Shown piece after piece: positions 1 to 12,180 of a stretch of 64,000 nucleotides of DNA. Below the pieces are notes generated by a model. The model ran no database searches and was not told the DNA's origin. It saw nothing but the letters and a program-made list of their open reading frames with translations. The translations under genes were made by a program, and so were the position numbers. The DNA is taken from contig NC_043008.1 of NCBI RefSeq assembly GCF_006345805.1, positions 64,666,001 to 64,730,000 on the forward strand, in the 5' to 3' direction. Source of the DNA: Octopus sinensis. Its lineage: Eukaryota. Numbering within the stretch: the stretch's first letter is position 1; each line of letters opens with the position of its first letter.

Positions 1-1064
1 TGTTTTACGTGGAATATATGTTTAACCTACTTCATACCATGAAATCCTCAGGGATAATAAAGTGCTAAGAATCGGAGCATCGTCTGTATATTTGCAGACA
101 CAAAGATGTCGATAATCTACCATTAAAATAGGTGAGAGATCTGCTTTGTTGAGGTTTGAAAGCCGTACCCGGGTTTTATATCAATAAACATTTCTGTATT
201 CTGACGTGTATTTATTTATTTGAATTCACACAGTACTAGTGCAAATAACGTTCAATTTCTACTCCCTGCGGGGAATAGACACAACATACAACCATCTTGT
301 AGTGTCGAAGATAATTGGCAAAGAGGAAAGACATACAAACACATACGCAGTAACACAGACACAAACACGAATAGCTATGATATTTTCAATATCATGAAAA
401 CCTCGAAGTATTTACGAAAAATATAGTAGAATACACAAACAAACACACAAATAAATAAATAAATAAACAGAAGAGATAAAATAAATCTGCTGGAATATTT
501 AATAACTTCAAGTTTGAAAAAAATACAATATAACATGAAATAACAGAGAAACATAAGAAACCATTAAAAAGAAAAAAAATATATATTTAAGCAGAATACA
601 AAACGAAACTAAAACAACTAACAATCAAATACCTTATGACAGTATCAACGGCAAAAATAACAACAAAAAGAAAAGGAGAATATATTAGTAAAAATTTTAA
701 GAAAATCTAGAGAGAAAAGATGGAAAAGGTACCGAAGCAGTGAAGTAGAAAAAAAATGTAACAAGAAAATTGAATAAAAAAAAAGATTTAAAAAACTCAT
801 AAAAATAACAACACATGGAGCGAAAAAGAAGCAGACCAAACTATGGAGAAGATAGGTTTGCCTGTCTATTAAAAGACGATCTATAAATACTGAAATCTAT
901 TTTAATGTTTGAAATATAAATTTTGAAAAGAGTATATATTATTTTATATATTTAAAAGAAATACAAAAACTACCCGTATAGATACAAAAGTAACAAGAAG
1001 AGATATGAAAATAGTTTCATTTAATATTCTCCATTGATTTCTGCTCTCGGGTATACATAAGCAT

Positions 1065-1107
<43 letters not shown>

Positions 1108-1129
1108 ATATATGCATATATATATACAA

Positions 1130-1161
<32 letters not shown>

Positions 1162-1187
1162 CAAATATATATATATATATATATAAT

Positions 1188-1218
<31 letters not shown>

Positions 1219-1245
1219 CAAATATATATATATATATATATGTAT
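1065..1245. repeat. (TA)n microsatellite, interrupted
   Basis: Direct read of TA dinucleotides with recurring 'caaa' interruptions, followed by TG/CA tracts. Confidence 0.95.
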
Positions 1246-1858
1246 GCATGCATACTTACATATCTGTGTGCGTATGTGTGTAAGTGTGTGTGTTGGTGTT
1301 GCACTTGGATTGGTGACTTCTCAGCACCGTAGCATGATTGCGTGCAAGCAAGCGTGTACCCATAACACCCACACACTACACACACATACACACACACTCA
1401 ATAAACACACACACATACATATATTCATATTTACGTACGTGCTACGTTTGTTACTGTGCGTGCGTGTTAAAGCACCGAGTAAAAGTTTATTTCTTCTCCT
1501 CCCTCAGCCAGCGACACCAAGATATTCCTTCTTCACTCGCTGAAAACAAACACAAAACAACAACGACAATAATAATATTTTCGTTATTAACCACAAGAAT
1601 GTGAAGAACAACACAAAAATATACGTAAACATTAAATGGAGGCTTACAAAGACGACGAGTTGTTGGGGGTGAGTTAGAGAAGGTATTCGTAGACGAGGGC
1701 TAGAGTAAAAGTCTTTACATAACGTATGTATTACAAATTTAAGAAGTTGACAATAAATTTCAAACATTTAAACCTCAACCTGTGTTTAAAGGGGTCTCCC
1801 TACTTTGCTTATAATACCCCTAGGGTATGTTTCATCAAAATAATTTCATGGACGATAG

Positions 1859-1952
1859 AGCGTGGTTTCTGATTATAAGATTCTCAACTTGTGTTTCCCA
1901 GGCAATTATTTTTATTGGCGTAAATAAGCCATCTTCAGAATACAAATATACG
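1859..1952 (+). repeat. 94-bp dispersed direct repeat, copy 1
   Basis: agcgtggtttctgatta...cttcagaatacaaatatacg matches 3244-3337 with about 7 substitutions. Confidence 0.9.
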
Positions 1953-3243
1953 GCTAGAAATACCAAAATTTCCCGTAAAATGTTCCTGTATGATATTGCG
2001 CAAGGGAGGAAACCATGCCTTCTGGATCTTTGAAGCTTAATACTTAGTAAGGTCTGTGTGTTTTGCACTGTTATTATGTCTTTTTTTATACTGCTTAAAA
2101 TGGGATCCCATTTTTCGTCTCGTTCCGTATCTCAACTGCATATTATATGTGTCTATTGGAAAAATATTTTATCAGATCATTGTCTTTCTTACGAATAGCT
2201 GTGAATTCCATTTCGTTCGTGTTTAGGTCTAGTTCCATTCCGCAGATCATTGCTTCTCCTTCATAAGATACGGATTTTTCCTCAGTGGATAGTGTTTCTC
2301 GTTCGCAGAATATCACTCCAGCTTTTTTTATTTTCTTTTACTATTTCTAATGTTTTTATCCGCTGGGAGATTATTTCAAACAATTCTACAGTGAGTTCCG
2401 TTCAATATTTCAAGTATACAATACTTACATTGAATTTGATCCTGTGAGGTTTAATTTGTCAATGAGAACATTTCCCAGCGACACGTCTTCCAACAAGTGG
2501 AATTAATATAGCAACAAGAACGTTACCAGATTAAACACTGTAACTACGACGAGAATTGTCATTATCACACAGGTATTATATGCAATCATACATATACATA
2601 AAAACGAATATACAGATGTACATATATTTAAAAGAAATCTATGCTGAAACGATAACGCAGTATAGCAAATTAGCCAGCTAAGTATAACTATCCGAAACGC
2701 ACACATAATCACACATTACTGATAGAAATAACCACACATGCATGCATAAATGCATACATGCATACATACATATATACATACATACTGAAACACACATTCA
2801 CAAAATCAAATAATCTTCATTTCTCTCTCATACATTCTCCTAGTATCAGTTCTTTTTCTCTACCTTCTTACCATTCTCTCTCTCTGTCTCTCTGTCTCTT
2901 TCGCACACATTTGTAAAAGGAACTAATTATAACCAAGGACTTTTATCATCAGTTAAGCGAACTGAAATTTGCGTTTAAACAACTTTTACTACTTTGCAAG
3001 GCAAAAGTAAAGAAGATTTCGATGTAATTGCTATCCAAGAAAACCGAGATAAATTCACGATGGAGATTTTTGTGACCACTTTGAAGCAGACATAGGATTT
3101 GCTTAATTACCATTTTAATGATCACTCACGTGCTTTTGTCATTCTTAAGATCCGAGTAGCTAATCTAGCGACTTGGAAGCATCGCCATGTTGAGGCAAAT
3201 TTAACAATTTCAGAAATTTCAAAGTAATTTCGAGAGACGAAAC

Positions 3244-3337
3244 AGCGTGGTTTCTGATTAGAAGATTCTCGACTTGTGCTTCCCAGGCAATTATTTATAT
3301 TGGCGTAGATAAGCCGTCTTCAGAATACTAATATACG
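3244..3337 (+). repeat. 94-bp dispersed direct repeat, copy 2
   Basis: Matches 1859-1952; weaker similarity extends about 25 bp upstream. Confidence 0.9.
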
Positions 3338-4449
3338 TTTTCTTTTCTTTTATTTTTTTATGTAAGCTTTTGATAAGTGGTTTGTGTTACTCGTTTTAAC
3401 GACAGTAAGAAAGAAACAAGTAACACAGGTATAAAAAGGGATGCAAGTAGTTTATATGCAATTTTAGGAGACAACTGTAGGCCCTCTTATCTTTCTTTTT
3501 GTCACAATTCAAGTGGCTTGCTTCCCGATTATATACTGGTTTTATATCTCTACACAGAGTTGCGCTTATACACTCACACAAACTCACACGTTTGTGCACT
3601 CGCGTGCATGCGTTTGTGTGTGTGTGGCCATGTTTGTGTGTATGTGTGTGTGTGTGTATCTCTGTGTGTATGTGTGTGTATCTCTCGAAGTATATATATA
3701 TATATATATATGCATGTATGTATATATGTATATGTATCTTTAAATTTAAAATCTACTACGTGCATAGAATGCATTCATTATCAACTATACACACAAGTTT
3801 GTCTTTCGAGTGTCGGACAGAAGTCTTCCCAATATTTGTTCAGACACAGGATGCTCTAAGATTACCTACCGTAGATGGTCACTTTGCTTTTATCATTTGG
3901 GAGTCGATAATAAAATGTATAAATTTAAGACAGTGGATCGGTGAAACTATAAGAACATAAGCTCTGATATCCCGCGATGTTCATTCTGGCTGTGTTCATT
4001 CTGAATTTAAATCAATAAGTAGTAAACTCGACACTTCGGACTGTATATACCAACGCATGTATATACATTATGTATATACGAGTATATGTTTGTGTTTATG
4101 TATAATGTTTGTGTATACGTACATACGGTCACGAGGCGTATTTGATAACAATTATGAATACATTGCTCACTTCATATCATTCAAAAGATTTACATTTCCT
4201 TCAGATCCCCCACTTTGACAGATAAAATGCTAACACAAGATATGAAAGGACATGCAGTTATTTTTGTCATATGAACGGAACACAGTGATTTAAATATGTC
4301 CAACTTTGAAAATTTTGCAAGATCTTTTATATACACCTTTCAGATGAAATGTGAAGTGTAGCATTTGGAGGGAATGCTTCAATTGTATCAAAGAGAATAA
4401 AATGTGCTAAAGATTCGCTTACTATAAAGATACTGCAATTCATTCAACA

Positions 4450-4725
4450 GGTTTCATCTACTCCGCGTTTCGACACCTTCGAACGCGGAGTAGATGAAAC
4501 CATGGCGACTGAAGAAGGGGAATTTTCCTCGTGTTATTTGTGCTGTACTCGATTTTTTCGTTGTTTAAGAAAAATTTCCAGTTCCTTGGTTTTGTGTTTA
4601 TGTTTTCGTTTCTCATTGTGTTCGACGTTTTTTTTTTGGTGTCCTGTACCCATATATGCATGTATATATACATGTAGATGTAGGTACGTACATATATGTA
4701 TGTATATATGCATATGTTTTATTTA
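4450..4725 (+). mobile_element. Interspersed repeat 'family X' with a 5' snap-back hairpin, possibly PLE-derived
   Basis: Perfect 20-bp inverted repeat (4450-4469 / 4482-4501), then sequence homologous to the reverse complement of 8341-8512 (gaacgcggagtagat..ctgaagaaggg...gtcctgtac.catatatgcatgtata). Confidence 0.65.
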
Positions 4726-4797
4726 TTATTTTGTTATTACACGAGAGAACGCACGCATCCATTTCTAAGTAAGTTTGTTCTATATATATATATAATC

Positions 4798-5180
4798 TTT
4801 TTCAGAATAAAATAAAAAAAACCAAGGCTGTGAAGATTTTAGAACATTTATAGATAGATCTTACAGCTGTTTCCAGAATATTTATTATATCTCTTCATCG
4901 GAAACGGTGTGAGAAAATGATGAAGGGATATAATAAATATCCTGGAAACAGCTGTAAAACCTATTTATAAATGTTCTAAAATCTTCACAGCCTTGGTTTT
5001 TTTAATTTTATTCTGAAAAAACAATTCTTTATACATACACATGCTGATTATGACCAACGTTGGACTCCTTATTCGCATAATCACCGAACCTGGAGCTTAA
5101 CTATGGTCTATCCATACCACTTACTCAGCATTACCTGACACCTTGGTTATTATTGACGCCATTACCTCTCATAACCTCTC
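4798..5180 (+). mobile_element. Fold-back element with two divergent hammerhead-like motifs (PLE pseudo-LTR-like)
   Basis: 102-bp inverted arms 4798-4899 / 4919-5020 (6 mismatches) with a 19-bp spacer. Each arm carries GATGA-[stem]-GGAAAC-AGCT-GTA. A unique tail continues to about 5180, and (TA)n lies on both sides. Confidence 0.75.
4916..4960 (+). ncRNA. Minimal hammerhead ribozyme-like motif, core truncated at C3
   Basis: (a)UGAUGA-A-GGGAUAU/AUAUCCU-G-GAAAC-AGCU-GUA, with a palindromic stem III typical of PLE minimal hammerheads. The mirror copy on the minus strand (about 4859-4901) reads CCGAUGA. Confidence 0.55.
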
Positions 5181-5219
5181 TCTCTCTCTATATATATATA
5201 TGTAGAAGGTTAAAAAGGA

Positions 5220-5295
<76 letters not shown>

Positions 5296-5626
5296 CATAC
5301 ATACACGCACACATACACACATACATACACGCACATAATACACTGATTATATTTTATGAAGTCTTCACAATTTACATTTGGCTGTTACAACTTGCACTTA
5401 TCAACCATCTCTTATAAACACTTATGGAATTTCTACATTTCCTATGTTTCTAGAAATATTTTACTGAAATATATTCAGTCTTCTCCGGTTTTGTTTTTAG
5501 CATCATCTTCAAGTTATTTCGGTTGTTTATAAATAATCACCTATTGGCAAATTGATTGGAAATGTCAAAATATTATTGGCGTTGGAGAAGAGAGATTATT
5601 AATGATCAAGACAATACTAGATGAAG

Positions 5627-6018
5627 AATTACGAAGGACACGAGGAGAGTAAGGGAGAGAGGGAATGAGAGGGGAGAAAGGAGAGAGAGAGAGAAAGCAG
5701 GAAACAGCGAGGGAAGGGAGTGAGAAAGATCGGTTTATTGAGAAAAGAGAAAGCAGTGTGATAAAAGGAAGAAGTGCTTGAGAGAAGAGTGAGAGAGAAA
5801 AGAGGAGACTGGCGTGGAGTGAGAAAGACTAAATGATAGATAATATGTAGAAAGAGTATGTATGTGTGTGCGTGTGTGAGAGAGAGAGAGAGAGAGAAAG
5901 ATACGAGAAGGGAGACTGTGAGAAAGCGGGAAAGAGATGAGGAGGGAAAACAGAAAATGTGAGAGAAAATGAAGTAAGAGTGAGGGGGAGAGAAAGAGGG
6001 TAGAAAGCAGAAAAGAGA

Positions 6019-6054
<36 letters not shown>

Positions 6055-6245
6055 AAGAGAACTAGGAAATGGATGAGAGAGAAGGAGACAAATCAAGAGG
6101 AGAATGAGATAAAGAGAAAATAAAGATATTAAAGGGAGTGGCTGATAAACAAAAAAGAGACGGAAGTGAAAAACAGTAAAAGAAAGACAGAGACAGTGCA
6201 AGAGAAACGACGAAGAGACTTTCCAAAAAAGAAAAAAGACAAAAC
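5627..6245. repeat. About 620-bp polypurine (GA-rich) low-complexity tract
   Basis: The plus strand is overwhelmingly A/G with embedded (GA)n runs. Confidence 0.9.
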
Positions 6246-6633
6246 AACGACAATGGAGCATCCTTCATGAAATTGACGTCATTACATTTGTGGCTTCTAT
6301 AATGAGGGACATTTTATGATAATAAATTTTAAATGTAATTTATAGACTTATGTTGATGAGATGTACGTCCGATGTTTACAAACTAGGATAAACATCCAAT
6401 CAACACACCGCACACACATAGATGCTCTAACTTGAAACTTGTCGAATTTGTGGTCGCCATACGTCTTAAGTATTTCTTTTACTTTATTGTTTCTCGTGAT
6501 TTTTTAAAAATATTTTTGCACAAAACGTGCAGGGATCAGACATCGTAATTACAAGAAACCACCACACAGAACTAAATCACGTAAACCAGTTCTCCGCAGA
6601 ATTAAGACTCAAATATGAATAAAAAAAAAGAAT

Positions 6634-6804
6634 ACGCAGGAGTGGCTGTGTGGTAAGTAGCTTGCTAACCTACCACATGGTTCCGGGTTCAGTCCCACTG
6701 CGTGGCATCTTGGGCAAGTGTCTTCTGCTATAGCCCCGGGCCGACCAATGCCTTGTGAGTGGATTTAGTAGACGTAAACTGAAAGAAGCCTGTCGTATAT
6801 ATGC

Positions 6805-6839
<35 letters not shown>

Positions 6840-7070
6840 GTGTGTGTATGTGTGTGTTTGTGTGTCTGTGTTTGTCCCCCTAGCATTGCTTGACAACCGA
6901 TGCTGTTGTGTTTACGTCCCCCGTCACTTAGCGGTTCGGCAAAAGAGACCGATAGAATAAGTACTGGGCTTACAAAGAATAAGTCCCGGGGTCGATTTGC
7001 TCGACTAAAGGCGGTGCTCCAGCATGGCCGCAGTCAAATGACTGAAGCAAGTAAAAGAGTAAAAGAGTAA
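6634..7070 (+). mobile_element. SINE family A, full length (tRNA-derived, CORE-like)
   Basis: Pol III A-box tggctgtgtgg, B-box ggttcagtcc, CORE-like cttgggcaagt, internal (TA)(TG) tract and (AAAAGAGT)n tail. Many near-identical copies occur in the window. Resembles the octopus CORE-SINE OR2 as I recall it (unverified). Confidence 0.92.
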
Positions 7071-7328
7071 TACAGTTAAACTAAATGCAAACAATTTACA
7101 TACAACAAAATCACACACACTGACACACACATATATAAATACATAGACATATACACACAGCCAAATTACACAAACATGACCAAATCAAGCGCAACACAAG
7201 CAAACACACATACACAACTATATCACACACAAAAGACCGAATAAAAAAAATTAATTCTACTAATTGCATAGTCTCTCCCTATCAGTAAATGTTATATATA
7301 ATATATATATATACATATTCATTAATTT

Positions 7329-7399
7329 AAGGGCGGTGCCCCAGCATGGCCTCAGCCGGATGGCTGAAACAAGTAAAAGAGTAAAAGAGTAAAAGAGTA
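7329..7399 (+). mobile_element. SINE A 3' fragment
   Basis: ggcggtgccccagcatggcc...gaaacaagt(aaaagagt)x3. Confidence 0.85.
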
Positions 7400-7429
7400 T
7401 ATTATATATATAGTAAATATTATATATAT

Positions 7430-7750
7430 AATAAATATTAGGGAATAAATCCAAATTTATAGGGAAAAAAATCAGATTTAGGATTAAATCCAATTTTATA
7501 GTAAAATATTATATAATATAATTAGAGACAAAACCACTATTTTGCAAAACAAACAAGGAAAGACTTAATCAATACATAAAATTTAATAATAAAAAGTAAA
7601 AAAAACCGCCACTACAATTGTTTCATGTCTTGATCGACATCTTCAGGTGGATTTCCGATTTTCAAGTCAGTTTCAAATTATGAATGCATAAAATTTTATG
7701 TATTGATTAAGTCTTTCCTTGTTTGTTTTGCAAAATAGTGGTTTTGTCTC

Positions 7751-7759
<9 letters not shown>
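7430..7759 (-). mobile_element. Fold-back element enclosing a hammerhead ribozyme (PLE pseudo-LTR-like)
   Basis: Perfect 69-bp inverted repeat 7516-7584 / 7691-7759 with a hammerhead motif in the spacer. An extra tail runs to about 7430, and (TA)n flanks the element. Confidence 0.8.
7609..7650 (-). ncRNA. Type I minimal hammerhead ribozyme
   Basis: Minus strand: CCAC-CUGAAGA-UGUC-gaucaa-GACA-U-GAAAC-AAUU-GUA|GUGG. Full CUGAnGA/GAAA/GUH core, stem I CCAC/GUGG, 4-bp stem II and palindromic CAAUUG stem III. Confidence 0.8.
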
Positions 7760-7801
<42 letters not shown>

Positions 7802-7831
7802 TGTGTTTGTATATGTGTGTGTGTGTGTATG

Positions 7832-7873
<42 letters not shown>

Positions 7874-7913
7874 GCGCGCACCCGTCTGTGTGTGTAAATA
7901 GATAGATAGATAT

Positions 7914-8026
7914 AGTGGCTGTGTGGTAAGAAGATTGCTTCCCAACCACATGGTTCCTGGTTTAGTGCCACTAAATGGCATCTTAGGCACGTGTGTTCTG
8001 CTATAGCCAGGGGTTGACCAAAGACT
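7914..8026 (+). mobile_element. SINE A 5' fragment
   Basis: agtggctgtgtggtaag...ggcatcttaggcacgtgt...gaccaaagactt. Confidence 0.85.
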
Positions 8027-8274
8027 TAATACTGCATTTTCTTGACGGGTAGTTTTATTTTGGTAGTTTTGAGTTTAAGAGTCCCTCCTAACGTGTGGCA
8101 TTTAATAAATATATTTAAGAGAAAATTTGATGGATTGTCCTCTTATGAAGTTTTCACTGTAACTACTTGATAAATTCTTATAAAGATTTTAACCATGTTA
8201 AAATTATATATATATATGTACACATATATGTATATATATAATATATATATATGATATATATACATACACACATG

Positions 8275-8294
8275 CATACATATATGTACATACC

Positions 8295-8347
<53 letters not shown>

Positions 8348-8907
8348 GCATATATGTGTACAGGACGTCAAAAAACGTGAACAAAAATGCAAAACATTGG
8401 AAACGAACTTTTTCTCGAACAGCGAAAAAACAAATACAGAAACGAGACAGGCAACATAAAGAACAATCCCTTCATCAGTGGTTCCCTGTTTTATCTACAC
8501 CGCGTTTCGAAGGCACAAGACGCGTCTTTGTTAAAACAGTCCTTCCCGCAAAGCAAATTAAATAAAATTTGAGATTTTTGCGGAGGGTTAAATTGGTAAC
8601 AAAAACAGGACAGTAAGATCAAAACAGTAAAAAATAAACGATGAGGGTTGTTAAGCCATAACGAGGTAAAGTGGTGAACGCTGGAGAAAGGATCTAAGAC
8701 AGGAGACAGGCGAAAGTAGGTCTTATCTCTTGTAATATGACCTACTTATTGTGTTGCCTGTCTTGTTTCTCCATGTTTCCTTGGTTGTTCGAAAAAAAGT
8801 TCGTTTTCCATATTTTTGTTTTTTATGTTCTAGTTTTTCATTTCGCTCACGCTTTTTTGACGTCCTGTACACATATATGCATGTATAAGTAGGTATGTAC
8901 ATATATG

Positions 8908-8911
<4 letters not shown>
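8275..8911 (-). mobile_element. Family X fold-back element with about 165-185-bp imperfect inverted arms
   Basis: Arm 8275-8460 is the imperfect reverse complement of 8749-8911 (e.g. tatacatgcatatatgtgtacaggacgtcaaaaa / tttttgacgtcctgtacacatatatgcatgtata). Homologous to 4470-4700. Confidence 0.75.
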
Positions 8912-8951
<40 letters not shown>

Positions 8952-9020
8952 CATACAAGGGATTGTCAAAGGAGTTCCGGTGATACGCACACACTCAAAC
9001 ACACATATACGTAATCTATG

Positions 9021-9081
<61 letters not shown>

Positions 9082-9186
9082 CTATATATATATCTGTCCA
9101 TCTATTTCTCTCTCTATATATATATATAGAGAGAGAGATAGGTGGGTAGAAGGGAGAGAGAGAGGGAGTGAGAGACAGGGAGAAAA

Positions 9187-9332
9187 GACAATTATGCGGA
9201 GAAACAAACTATACACATCGAATATATTAAATATGTCACATATATCAAATACAAAATACATACTTTGTATCAGATGTATTTTATATATTTAATAAATTTG
9301 ATGTGTATCGTTTGTTTATCCGCATAATTGCC
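9187..9332. repeat. 48-bp inverted repeat (fold-back)
   Basis: 9187-9234 versus 9285-9332, 5 mismatches, 50-bp spacer. Confidence 0.85.
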
Positions 9333-9531
9333 TCTATATTCGCTCAACTTGATGCCTCTTATAACCTTTTTTTACCACGTGGAATGCTCTCCTATAACGA
9401 CATCGGTTTCTAAGTTTGAATCTTTTGAACCCCACTACATGTTTACCGTATGGTGAATCTCTGAAACCCGTCTGTGAACTATATAAATGTATGTATATAT
9501 ATATGCACACATTAGTCACGCACACACACAT

Positions 9532-9573
<42 letters not shown>

Positions 9574-9802
9574 TCACATATATACATTTATTCATGCAAA
9601 CACACATGCAATGTATTACAAAGAAGTTTCCGAATTGCATGCGCTGGAACTAACCTGCAGATGAGATGTACGTGCACAGCAGTCGATCACTTAGCTACGC
9701 CTTTAAGCCAGATTCAAAGAGGTTTTATGCACTTTACTTCAATAATTTTACTTGGTTTTTTAACGTTTTGTCACAAAGATACTGCGACGATGGCTGGCAA
9801 AT

Positions 9803-10380
<578 letters not shown>

Positions 10381-10472
10381 CATAACTATTATAATTAAAG
10401 TTATGTATTGTCATTATCGTCAGTGCGATGAATTTAAGGAGAAAAAAACATCCAGCAGCTCTAGCATAACAA

Positions 10473-10629
10473 ATATTGTTAAATACATATGCAAACGTGT
10501 GCTTTGTGTATTTTTTGGTGGTTGTAATGGTGTAGCGGAGTATATAACGGTGAAATGAAGGTTATATACTCCGCTAGGCCATTGCAGCCACCGGAAAATA
10601 CACAAGCATATACATTAGTATATGTATTT

Positions 10630-10638
<9 letters not shown>
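10473..10638 (+). repeat. About 76-bp-arm hairpin / inverted repeat with a 12-nt loop
   Basis: Arms 10473-10548 and 10561-10638; the innermost 16 bp are perfect (tagcggagtatataac / gttatatactccgcta). Confidence 0.9.
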
Positions 10639-10661
<23 letters not shown>

Positions 10662-10662
10662 C

Positions 10663-10723
<61 letters not shown>

Positions 10724-10811
10724 GTATTATATATAAGCATACATATATGAATTAATATATATGCATATATACATATTTCTCTACACACAAATACGTATGA
10801 ATATGTGTATA

Positions 10812-10997
10812 TTTGTCCCTCACAACCGCTTGGAAACCAGTGTTGGTGTGTTTATGTCCCCGTAACCTAGCGTTTCGGCAAGAGAACAGATTGAATAAAT
10901 ACCAACCTTATACCAAGGCTGATTTGTTCCACTAAAATTTTTCAAGCTGGTGTCGTAACATGGCCTCCACCGAATGACTGAAACAAGTAAAAGAATA
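10812..10997 (+). mobile_element. SINE A 3' half, diverged
   Basis: tttgtccc...ggtgtgtttatgtccccgtaac...gaaacaagtaaaaga. Confidence 0.85.
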
Positions 10998-11358
10998 AAA
11001 AAAATATAAGAATATATATAGATACATATGCTTGTACACATGTGAATGTGAGTGAGTGTATGTGTGTGTTTCTGTGTGTGTGCGCGCGCGCGTGCGTATA
11101 TGTATGCTTCTGTATTCCAGTGATACAAATACATCAATTATTTCGACTTGTCTTACACTGGGGTCCGCAGTTTTATTCAGCTCCCACACTTAAATATCTA
11201 TGCAAGCGCGCATACATGTATGTTCTCATACCAGTATTATATGTATATAAGTATTTAGCACTTTATACTTATTATTCCGATACAACACATCTATAAAAGA
11301 TATTTGCATGCGTATGTCATATAACATTTATTGCACATATCGTAATATATGTATGTAT

Positions 11359-11403
<45 letters not shown>

Positions 11404-11880
11404 CTATAGTCATGTATGTATAAACATTTTCATGAGCATACATACGGAATGAGAACGGAAAGGTAAGCGTGATAGGATCTGGAAAGTTCATTATACAACA
11501 GAGCTGATGTATATTTATAGCAGATCAAGAGATTTCAGTTTTCAGGCAGAAAACTAATGCACAATTCTCCGAAAGCATGAATCGAATAACAAATAATGTG
11601 CCTTCTATTCAAAAATTGTTTAAACTAGTATTTTTTTTTTTTTTTTGCATTTCGATTTTGCTACATGTTGTTGTGCGGAGCTATGTGTTGCTATGTGAGT
11701 ATTCTTTTATTGATATATGTAACTATGTTTGATGTGTTGCTCATAGATATTTCTCTATTATGCACTGTTTGGATCTGTGTTTATTTTCGTTGCGCCGCTT
11801 TAGCACTTTTAATCTCTAGGATGTGTTTTGAAATGCATAGAGTTCTACAATTGTGTATTGTGTTCCGTTATGTGTTCTGC

Positions 11881-11902
11881 TCTCTCTCTCTCTCTCTCTA
11901 TT

Positions 11903-11938
<36 letters not shown>

Positions 11939-11959
11939 CATACATATATATAGAACAGA

Positions 11960-11997
<38 letters not shown>

Positions 11998-12180
11998 ATA
12001 TATGGATGTGTATGTGTAATGTACATTATATACATATATGCATGTATATTTATTCATATATATACGCATACATACACACATACACATATATGTGTACGTA
12101 TATATATATATATATATATATATATACGTATATATATATACATATATATATATGTATATATATATGTATGTGTGTGCATA
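11881..12180. repeat. Compound (TC)n/(TA)n/(CA)n microsatellite
   Basis: Direct read. Confidence 0.9.

Noticed and set aside
5629-6261. 210-aa Leu/Ser/Phe-rich ORF resembling a membrane protein
   Set aside because: It is the antisense of the GA-rich tract and stop-free because of composition.
6634-6705. tRNA gene (A/B boxes), here and at other SINE heads
   Set aside because: No full cloverleaf; the sequence continues into the SINE body in many copies.
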